Translations under genes and position numbers: made by a program | DNA from: Longimicrobiales bacterium | GTDB lineage: Bacteria > Gemmatimonadota > Gemmatimonadetes > Longimicrobiales > Gaopeijiaceae | DNA length: 64,000 nt | Direction: 5' to 3' | Assembly (NCBI GenBank): GCA_965238005.1 | Contig: OZ250165.1 | Span: forward strand, 2,464,001-2,528,000 | Shown here: positions 56,821-64,000 of the stretch, one piece after another | Numbering within the stretch: position 1 is the stretch's first letter | Layout: every line of letters starts with the position of its first letter | Notes under the pieces: model-generated | Told to the model about the DNA's origin: nothing | Databases searched by the model: none | Seen by the model: the letters and a program-made list of their open reading frames with translations, nothing else

Positions 56821-58296
56821 ATGAAATTCGAAGGAATTATCCCACCGGTCACAACACCGTTTGGAAAGGACGGTTCGGTGGACGCAGCTCGCCTCTTCCC
56901 GCCTAGACCGACCAAACGCCGACGTCTCTGGGTCGCTGTGACTCTGGCGACAGCCGTGGCGTTCTTCGAACCTGGGGCCACCGCGTCCGCGGAAACTCGT
57001 CCGCCCGTCGTGGCACCCCTCTCCACCGGCCAACAGGCAGGCTCGGCTCTGGAACGCACTCTCCGGGAATGGGAGGTCAAGAAGGAGAAGATGGAGCTTC
57101 ACCTCCGGCCCGCCATGCGCCGTCACGGCATCGGCATGTGGATCCTCATGAGCCGGGAGTTTCACCCGGATCCAGTTCTCGATCTGTTCGGCGGCCACGG
57201 CATCTCGGGCTGGTACGGGCATCGCAACGCCTACATCTTCCGCGATCCGGGCGGCGACCGCCCTCTGGAGAGCGTGATTCTCGGCACTCACCAGAGTGAG
57301 CACATGCATCGCTTCTTCGAGCGCATCGAGAGCTACGGGGAAGAGGGACTGGCACCGCACTTGCGTGAATACGTGCAGCAAGCGGATCCGGGGCGCATCG
57401 CCATCAACCGGTCAAGGACGGTAGCGATGGCCGACGGCATCACTGCCGCGTTGCTTGCGTACCTCGAGGAGGCTGTCGGCCCGGAGTATTCATCGCGGCT
57501 CGTGTCGTCAGAACCGCTGGTGATCGACTATGTGAGCCGCCGCACGCCTGCGGAGCTGGCAATCGAGACCGAGGCGAGCTGGCGCACATGGAACATCCTT
57601 CGCCGGGCTTTCTCCAATGAGGTCATCACACCGGGTCGCACCCGTCTGATGGAGGTCTGGGGATGGATCGTCGACGAATGGAAATCCCAGCACCTGGATT
57701 TCAACTTCGCGCCCGGCCTGACTATCTACCGGCGTGGCGAGCCCGAGGGCATCGACGACTCCGCCGATCCAGTCATCGAGCCGGGGGACCTGCTTCACGT
57801 CGACTTCGGCGTTCGGCTGATGGGCCTGGTCACCGACCAGCAGCACCTCGCCTACGTGCTGCGCCCGGGCGAAACGGAGCCGCCCGCGGGCTTGCAAGAC
57901 GTCTTCCAGCAGTCGGTACGGGTGGCGGAGATCTATGCGGAGGAGCTGAAGCCGGGCCGGGCGGGTCACGAAGTCAAGGACATCGCCGAGCGCCGTGCCC
58001 GCCAGGAAGGGATCGATGCCTTGCTCTACGGGCACACGCAAGGCAACTGGGTGCACGGCGTGGGGGCCCGCACCGTGTTTGACTGGCCAGAGCGTTACGG
58101 CATCTTTCCGCGGGAGCCGGTGCGAATCGGAGAGTTCTGGTCGATCGAGTTCCGGGTGAGGGCGCCGGTGCCGGAATGGGATGGTCAGGTCGTGCCCATT
58201 CCCCGAGAGGAGGACGCCTGGATCGATTCCGATGGCACGGCCCGCTTCCTGACGGGCCCACAAACAGAGCTCTGGATCGTTCGCAGCGGTGGTTGA
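56821..58296 (+). CDS. M24 family aminopeptidase with a DapA-like N-terminal 21 residues
   Basis: Metal ligands HVDFG, TDQQH, H..G..VH, SIE and REED are present; begins MKFEGIIPPVTTPFGKDGSVD. Confidence 0.85.
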   Translation: MKFEGIIPPVTTPFGKDGSVDAARLFPPRPTKRRRLWVAVTLATAVAFFEPGATASAETRPPVVAPLSTGQQAGSALERTLREWEVKKEKMELHLRPAMRRHGIGMWILMSREFHPDPVLDLFGGHGISGWYGHRNAYIFRDPGGDRPLESVILGTHQSEHMHRFFERIESYGEEGLAPHLREYVQQADPGRIAINRSRTVAMADGITAALLAYLEEAVGPEYSSRLVSSEPLVIDYVSRRTPAELAIETEASWRTWNILRRAFSNEVITPGRTRLMEVWGWIVDEWKSQHLDFNFAPGLTIYRRGEPEGIDDSADPVIEPGDLLHVDFGVRLMGLVTDQQHLAYVLRPGETEPPAGLQDVFQQSVRVAEIYAEELKPGRAGHEVKDIAERRARQEGIDALLYGHTQGNWVHGVGARTVFDWPERYGIFPREPVRIGEFWSIEFRVRAPVPEWDGQVVPIPREEDAWIDSDGTARFLTGPQTELWIVRSGG

Positions 58297-58341
58297 GACG
58301 GTCGTGCGACAGAATCCACAAACCGAAACAGGAGGTCCGAG

Positions 58342-59961
58342 ATGGGATACACGAGTAGAGCCAACAAGCTGACACGATGCCTTCTTGTGTCGGTTTCACT
58401 GCTGGCCGTGTGTGCAGTGCTGTTCTCGAGCGAAGAGGCAACCGCGCAGACTGGAGATTTCGGCAACCTGGCAGATGGGCCTTACGACAGGCTGGTCATC
58501 CTCAATGCCATGGTCCTTCCGGGCCATGGGGGTCCGCCGGTGGGCCCGTACGACATCGTCATCGAGGGGAATCGGATCACCGACATGACCATATTCGATC
58601 CGGTGACGGTTGGGCGCCGGGGCGATGCGACGCGTGCCACCGGTGATCGCGTCATCGATGCCGAAGGCATGTACGTGATGCCGGGCATGATCGATCTGCA
58701 TATGCATCTGCGACAGTTGCCGATGGAGCTCGAGTATGTGTACTACCTCAAACTGGCTCATGGCGCGACGACGATGGTTGTGGCTCCAGACCGGGGTCTC
58801 GAGCAGGCTATCGAGGAGGCGCAACGGAGCGCCGACAACGACATACTAGCCCCAAGAATGTTTCCCATCTTCGGTTGGGGTGCCGGCACCGACTACGACC
58901 GTGAATTTCTCGAGAATCCAGCGAACGCTCAGACGGTGGCGACGGAAATGGTCGCCGCCGGGGCGCACGTGGTCACTGTCGGCCCGCTCGGCTGGAATCC
59001 GGAGCTACTGGGCGCGGTCTGCAAGGCCGTTTATGACGCTGGAGGCATCACGACATATCACATTCCCCCCAGCACGACCCCCGTCACCAACGCGGTCGAT
59101 GCCGCCCGATTGGGCGTAACGATGATCGAGCACCATTATGCCTATGCCGAATCCTCACTGGACCGGACGGTGCAGGATTACCCGAGAGACTACAGCTACA
59201 ACGACGAGGACGCCCGCTTCCGCCATGCCGGAAAGGTATGGACAGAGGCCAACAAAGACCGACTCCTGAACGAGGTCGCAGATGCTCTCGTGGAATCCGG
59301 CGTACACATGCTCCCCACACGCGTCACTTATGAGGCCAATCGCGACTGGCTCCGAAAGATCAGCCGCCCTTGGCACGAGAAGTACACCCATCAGGCCCTG
59401 ATCGACTGGAGCGTGCCAAACCCTAACCTGCACGCCGTCTTTCATTATGACTGGACCTCCGACGACGAGTACTACTGGTACTATGCGTTCGATCTGTGGG
59501 GAGACTTGATCTTCGAGTTCAACAAACGCGGTGGCCACGTCTCCTATGGCACAGATGACAACTACACATGGGGCACCCCTGGCTTTTCAAATATCCGTGA
59601 GCTGCAGCTGCTCAGAGAAACCGGTATGCATACGCTGGAAGTACTCCGCGCGGCGACCCACTACAGTGCCCAGACCCTGCGCCAGGACAGACTCGGCCTG
59701 GTACGTCCCGGCTATATTGCTGATCTGCTCATCGTGGACGGCAGTCCCGTTTATAACCTGCGGTTCCTGTATTCGTTCGGTGCGCTGACCCTGGATGAGA
59801 ACGGCCAGATGTATCGCACGAAGGGAATCGTACATACCATCAAAGATGGAATCGTTATCAATAACGACAAGTTGATGGAAGAGGTCGCCCGAATGGTCAA
59901 GGAATCAAAAAAGGGTGTCGACCCGGTCAATGCCGTGAATGAGCCGTTTATTGTCAGGTAA
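58342..59961 (+). CDS. Secreted amidohydrolase family protein
   Basis: Signal peptide, YVMPGMIDLHMH, IEH, GTD, G.VRPGYIADLLIVDG. Confidence 0.88.
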   Translation: MGYTSRANKLTRCLLVSVSLLAVCAVLFSSEEATAQTGDFGNLADGPYDRLVILNAMVLPGHGGPPVGPYDIVIEGNRITDMTIFDPVTVGRRGDATRATGDRVIDAEGMYVMPGMIDLHMHLRQLPMELEYVYYLKLAHGATTMVVAPDRGLEQAIEEAQRSADNDILAPRMFPIFGWGAGTDYDREFLENPANAQTVATEMVAAGAHVVTVGPLGWNPELLGAVCKAVYDAGGITTYHIPPSTTPVTNAVDAARLGVTMIEHHYAYAESSLDRTVQDYPRDYSYNDEDARFRHAGKVWTEANKDRLLNEVADALVESGVHMLPTRVTYEANRDWLRKISRPWHEKYTHQALIDWSVPNPNLHAVFHYDWTSDDEYYWYYAFDLWGDLIFEFNKRGGHVSYGTDDNYTWGTPGFSNIRELQLLRETGMHTLEVLRAATHYSAQTLRQDRLGLVRPGYIADLLIVDGSPVYNLRFLYSFGALTLDENGQMYRTKGIVHTIKDGIVINNDKLMEEVARMVKESKKGVDPVNAVNEPFIVR

Positions 59962-60462
59962 GGTCGCTCGAAAGAGGACGTCTCAACACGGTCGTCGCGC
60001 TGGGTCGTGACCAGGACGAGGGGTCGGCTGCGCCACCACCTGCGTGCCCTTCCAAGCCGGCCTCCTCCCCTGACCGCCGCCGGCGTCCCACCCCAGACTG
60101 GGCTCGGATTGAGCTCCGGTTGCCTTCGACAATCCTCGCTCGTCTCGGCGGTCGGCATCGCTCAGTGGTTTACATCTTGGCGCCTCGGCTCGATCAGTCT
60201 TCGGGTTTCGATGCCACGGAGCCGGAGCCGACGCCCGACCACGCTTCGCGCGGTGCCCTCGAGTTCGATCAGCCGCTGCCCGACTGAGACACAGCCCGAC
60301 GGACCCGCCGTCGCGGACCCGGGGGTTCCAAACGCAACCCCATCGTGGAGGGTGGGCGGTAGGCTGGCTGAATTGCGTGCCGCTAAATTGGCTAGCACGC
60401 ATATGAACGGCTCTTCCGGTCCTCCTGCCCAAATCGGGCTAGGATTTCAGCGGCCTCCGGGT

Positions 60463-61104
60463 TTAGGGGTACAAAGACCTGAATGCGCCGCCGTCTGCGG
60501 TGGAGAACGGCGAGGCCTGCCCGATGTCATCCCAGACCTCGAGCTGTTCGCGAAAGCGCATGAAGTAGGCGACGAAGTCACCACCATACTGGAACGAGTA
60601 CATAATGTCCGCGAAAGCACTGGTATGGGGGAGCCCAAACGCATGGCCTAGCTCATGAACACAGGTCAGATAAACGACCGTATCCCTGAAGAGCGGATCC
60701 AGCCTCGCCCTTCGCGCGATGTCCGGCCTAAGACCGTCGGTATCTGGGCGCACGAACACGTCGGCGGCGAGCCGCCCCTCCACTAGTCGTCCTCGCATCT
60801 CACCGTATAGACCCGCGCCCCCGGGCACCCAATAGACGCGAATGGTCGCGGACGCTTCAGGGCCCGGCACCATGTCCACGGGGGGATCGGCCTGCCTGCC
60901 CCACGCCCCTAGCGCCCATTCGGCCAGGGTCCGGTCTCCCTCCTTGAACCCCGATTCGGCCGAGCCTTCCGCAATGAAGTACGTGATGGACTCTGAAGAG
61001 TCCAACCGCCAGACGTCCTGCTGGGAGTAGGCCGCGACCGGGGCGTTGAGGGTCCCGGCCGCGATCGTGAGCGCCCCAACCCAGAGAATGCGCAGTCTCG
61101 CCAT
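60463..61104 (-). CDS. Matrixin-like (metzincin) secreted metalloprotease
   Basis: Signal peptide, HELGHAFGLPH zinc motif and DIMY Met-turn. Confidence 0.85.
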   Translation of the reverse strand: MARLRILWVGALTIAAGTLNAPVAAYSQQDVWRLDSSESITYFIAEGSAESGFKEGDRTLAEWALGAWGRQADPPVDMVPGPEASATIRVYWVPGGAGLYGEMRGRLVEGRLAADVFVRPDTDGLRPDIARRARLDPLFRDTVVYLTCVHELGHAFGLPHTSAFADIMYSFQYGGDFVAYFMRFREQLEVWDDIGQASPFSTADGGAFRSLYP

Positions 61105-61265
61105 AACACCCGAACGTCCGTTACTATGCCTTCCACTGCAAGGTCTTCCGGGCGGAACGAACCAGGATCGCAGTCGATAAGAAAAAGGTAAAGCAGAAGC
61201 TAAGCCGCCGCGCCGAATCACGGCAAACGGTTGTTTGTAAATCACTCATGTGGCAGTGCCAATCT

Positions 61266-61281
61266 TGGCACGGACCTTGTC
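61266..61281 (+). promoter_or_regulatory. sigma54-like -24/-12 promoter
   Basis: TGGCACG-GACC-TTGT against consensus TGGCACR-N4-TTGC, with correct GG to G spacing and a mismatch at -12. Confidence 0.55.
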
Positions 61282-61291
61282 ATAGAAACGG

Positions 61292-61450
61292 ACGTCGGAC
61301 GGAGGAGACGAAGTCCGACCGGAAAACGGCGAATGTGATGATGATGGGGGGACAGTTGAGGAGCCTGGGTGGATGATGTGGGGATGATGTGAATTGGCTC
61401 GACGCCGTAAAAAGCTCGGCAGGGATCGCCCCCCTGCCGAGCTTTTTTTT
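61292..61450 (+). ncRNA. Candidate GGA-rich small RNA
   Basis: Starts at the predicted sigma54 +1 with hairpin GTCGGAC-(GGAGGAGACGAA)-GTCCGAC, has nine GGA triplets and ends in a terminator; no credible ORF. Confidence 0.55.
61409..61450 (+). terminator. Strong intrinsic (bidirectional-looking) terminator
   Basis: AAAAA-GCTCGGCAGGG-atcgccc-CCCTGCCGAGC-TTTTTTTT. Confidence 0.9.
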
Positions 61451-61528
61451 GCACCCCTCCGAAGGATGGGGTAGTCTCCCACCACCACCCATGCCCTCAT
61501 TCCCATAGACTCCACTCCGACGCCGCGC

Positions 61529-62536
61529 GTGAGCCCCGCCCTCGTCGCGCCCGACACCGGGCCCCCGGAGTCGACTCCCTCCCCGACTCTCGTCGTGCTG
61601 GCAGCCGGCCTGTCCACCCGGTATGGGGCCGTGAAGCCACTCGCGTCCGTCGGCCCGCAAGGAGAAGCCCTCATCGACTACGCCCTCTACGATGCCGCCT
61701 GCTCGGGATACGGTGACGCGATCCTGGTGGTGCGCCGGGAGATCGAGGCCGAGGTGTCACTGCATGTCGAGAAGCTCACCGGGGGCTCCTGGCCCTGCCG
61801 CTTCGTTTGCCAGCGCATGGACGACCTCCCCGACGGTGTTGCATTCGCTGGAGGCCGTGCGAAGCCCTGGGGAACCGGCCACGCGGTTTGGACCGCACGG
61901 TATGCCGTCCGGGGATCCTTCGCCGTGGTGAACGCAGACGACCTCTACGGGCGGGCCGCCCTACAGGCGCTGGCAGAGCATCTGCTTGTCGGGGGTGCCC
62001 GGGAGAACCGAGGACCGCAAGACTATGTGGCCATCACGTATCGGCTGGCCGACACCCTCTCCGACACCGCTCGGGTCTCGAGGGCCATCCTCAAGGTCGA
62101 CGCCGACCATCTGGTCCGGGAGATCCGTGAGGTGCTTCGGGTCCACCGTACATCGGCGGGGATCGTCGGTGAGACCCCCGACGGCGTGGTGCTGTCCTTC
62201 TCCGGCGATGAGCCGTCCTCCATGGGCATCTGGGGCTTCAAGCCCACCCTGTTTCCGCTTCTCGAGGACCGCCTCCGCTCCTTCCTCGGACGGCCCGGCG
62301 CCGATGACTCCGCGGAGTTCTACCTGAGCGACACGCTGAACGGGCTCATCGCTTCTGGAGACGCCCGGATCCGTGCGGTGGAGTCCGGTGCATCGGGATT
62401 CGGCGTGACGTTTCCCGACGATCGGTCGGAGGTTCGAGCCCGCATCGATAGGCTCGTTGCCGAGGGTGCTTATCCGGCGGATCTTCGGAGCACATTTCGA
62501 GCGTTGACGAACCCGGGTGGACCTTCAGGAACGTAG
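61529..62536 (+). CDS. Sugar-phosphate nucleotidyltransferase family protein
   Basis: LVVLAAGLSTRYG, R.KPWGTGHA, VNADD.YG, EFYL, GVT. Confidence 0.88.
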   Translation: MSPALVAPDTGPPESTPSPTLVVLAAGLSTRYGAVKPLASVGPQGEALIDYALYDAACSGYGDAILVVRREIEAEVSLHVEKLTGGSWPCRFVCQRMDDLPDGVAFAGGRAKPWGTGHAVWTARYAVRGSFAVVNADDLYGRAALQALAEHLLVGGARENRGPQDYVAITYRLADTLSDTARVSRAILKVDADHLVREIREVLRVHRTSAGIVGETPDGVVLSFSGDEPSSMGIWGFKPTLFPLLEDRLRSFLGRPGADDSAEFYLSDTLNGLIASGDARIRAVESGASGFGVTFPDDRSEVRARIDRLVAEGAYPADLRSTFRALTNPGGPSGT

Positions 62537-62541
62537 CCCTG

Positions 62542-64000
62542 ATGCAGCTTTCGATACTGGACTGGTGGGTCCTGGCCCTCTACGGTGTGACAGCCCTCTC
62601 CGTGGGGCTGGCGTTCGCCCGCCGAGCCGGACGCGGCACCGAAGAATACTTCCTCGCCGGCCGGTCCATGCCGTGGTGGCTTCTCGGGACCTCCATGGTG
62701 GCCACGACATTCTCGACAGACACGCCCAACCTCGTCACCGACCTCGTGCGCACGGGGGGAGTCAGCCAGAACTGGATCTGGTGGGCCTTCCTGATCACCG
62801 GGATGTGCACGGTGTTTTTCTACGCCAAGCTGTGGCGGCGCTCGGGCGTCCTCACCGACATCGGGTTCTACGAGCTCCGCTATGCCGGGCGGCCCGCCGC
62901 CTTCCTCCGGGGGTTCCGCGCCATCTACCTGGGCGTGTTCTTCAACGTCATGATCATGGCCACGGTGACCCTGGCGGCCATCAAGATCGGCAGTGTGCTC
63001 CTGGGGGCGGACAAGTACACGGTAGTGCTGATCGCCGGGACGGCGACGGTCCTCTACTCGGCCACTTCCGGGCTTTGGGGGGTCCTGGTCACGGACCTGC
63101 TGCTCTTCTCGATCTCCATGATCGGCGCCGTGGCTGCGGCGTTCTACGCGCTACGACTCCCCGAGGTGGGTGGGCTCTCCGGCCTCATTTCCAACCCGGC
63201 CGTCGCCGGCAAGCTGTCCTTCCTCCCGGACTTCTCGGATCCCTCCACCGCAGCAGCAGTCTTCATCGTGCCCATCGCCGTTCAGTGGTGGAGTACCTGG
63301 TACCCCGGTGCGGAGCCCGGTGGCGGGGGTTATTCCGCCCAACGCATGCTCGCGGCCAAAGACGAGAAGCACGCCATGCAGGCCACGCTCTGGTTCAACC
63401 TGGCCCATTACGCCCTGAGACCGTGGCCCTGGATCCTGGTGGCCCTGGCTTCGCTCATCGTCTACCCGACCCTCGGCGACCTTCAGGCGGCCTTCCCAAA
63501 CGTGGATCCGTCGGTCATCCGAAATGACCTCGCCTATCCCGCCATGCTGGTCTTCTTGCCTCACGGGCTCCTGGGTCTTGTGGTGGCCTCGCTGGCCGCC
63601 GCCTACATGTCCACGATAAGCACCCACCTCAACTGGGGGGCGTCGTACATCGTAGACGACGTATACCGCCGCTTCGTGGCCCCGGACCGTGAGGAGAAGG
63701 ACTACGTTCGCGTGGCGAGGCTCTCCACCGTCGGACTGATCATCCTCTCGTCCTTCGTAGCGCTGCAGCTAGAGAACGCCATGCAGGCCTTCCAGATCCT
63801 CCTGCAGATCGGAGCCGGAACAGGCCTCGTGTTCCTCCTCCGTTGGTTCTGGTGGCGGGTGAACACCTGGAGTGAGATCTCCGCCATGGTGATTTCGTTC
63901 CTGGTCGCGCTCTACTTCGCGTTCGTGCACACGCGACTGGGGTTCGAGGCCTGGAACCCTTCGACTACCCTGGTAGTGGGCGTGGCGATCACCACGGTCG
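62542..64000 (+). CDS. Sodium:solute symporter family protein (3' end runs off the window)
   Basis: Manual translation from ATG 62542: MQLSILDW...EEYFLAGRSMPWWLLGTSMVATTFSTDTP...QRMLAAKDE...AAYMST. Confidence 0.92.
   Translation, partial: MQLSILDWWVLALYGVTALSVGLAFARRAGRGTEEYFLAGRSMPWWLLGTSMVATTFSTDTPNLVTDLVRTGGVSQNWIWWAFLITGMCTVFFYAKLWRRSGVLTDIGFYELRYAGRPAAFLRGFRAIYLGVFFNVMIMATVTLAAIKIGSVLLGADKYTVVLIAGTATVLYSATSGLWGVLVTDLLLFSISMIGAVAAAFYALRLPEVGGLSGLISNPAVAGKLSFLPDFSDPSTAAAVFIVPIAVQWWSTWYPGAEPGGGGYSAQRMLAAKDEKHAMQATLWFNLAHYALRPWPWILVALASLIVYPTLGDLQAAFPNVDPSVIRNDLAYPAMLVFLPHGLLGLVVASLAAAYMSTISTHLNWGASYIVDDVYRRFVAPDREEKDYVRVARLSTVGLIILSSFVALQLENAMQAFQILLQIGAGTGLVFLLRWFWWRVNTWSEISAMVISFLVALYFAFVHTRLGFEAWNPSTTLVVGVAITTV

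Noticed and set aside
58310..58330. AAACCGAAAC as a fourth SOS-like site
   Set aside because: Only a half-site with wrong spacing, upstream of a gene unrelated to repair.
59962..60460. ORFs in the spacer after the amidohydrolase
   Set aside because: No recognisable motifs, RBS or consistent frame.

Overview
GC-rich bacterial chromosomal window; the gene repertoire suggests Gemmatimonadota, which is inference only. The left half is mostly core genes: icd, an Fe3+ ABC binding protein and permease with a Fur-like box, a dispersed mutasome (imuB, a stand-alone ImuB-C/DUF6504 gene coupled to recX, and dnaE2 about 16 kb away), a ~1350-aa coiled-coil protein with 279-bp tandem repeats, ggt, a LolA-like/ABC export operon carrying a MITE, an adenylate cyclase, gltA and tRNA-Leu(CAA). 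The right half is a mosaic accessory region: an LLM monooxygenase plus ATP-grasp pair, an IS3-family element splitting an outer-membrane protein gene, a SusC-like TonB receptor locus, a long run of secreted peptidases and hydrolases, and many gene relics. The two strongest unexplained signals are non-coding. (1) A 19-bp direct-repeat motif CTTTCGGTTTWYATKCGGT sits on the promoters of all three DNA-damage loci and is a candidate lineage-specific SOS box. (2) An orphan intergenic unit at ~61266-61450 combines a sigma54-like promoter, a GGA-rich structured RNA and an intrinsic terminator, and is a candidate CsrA-sponge-type sRNA. All product calls come from motif recognition by eye; no database searches were run.
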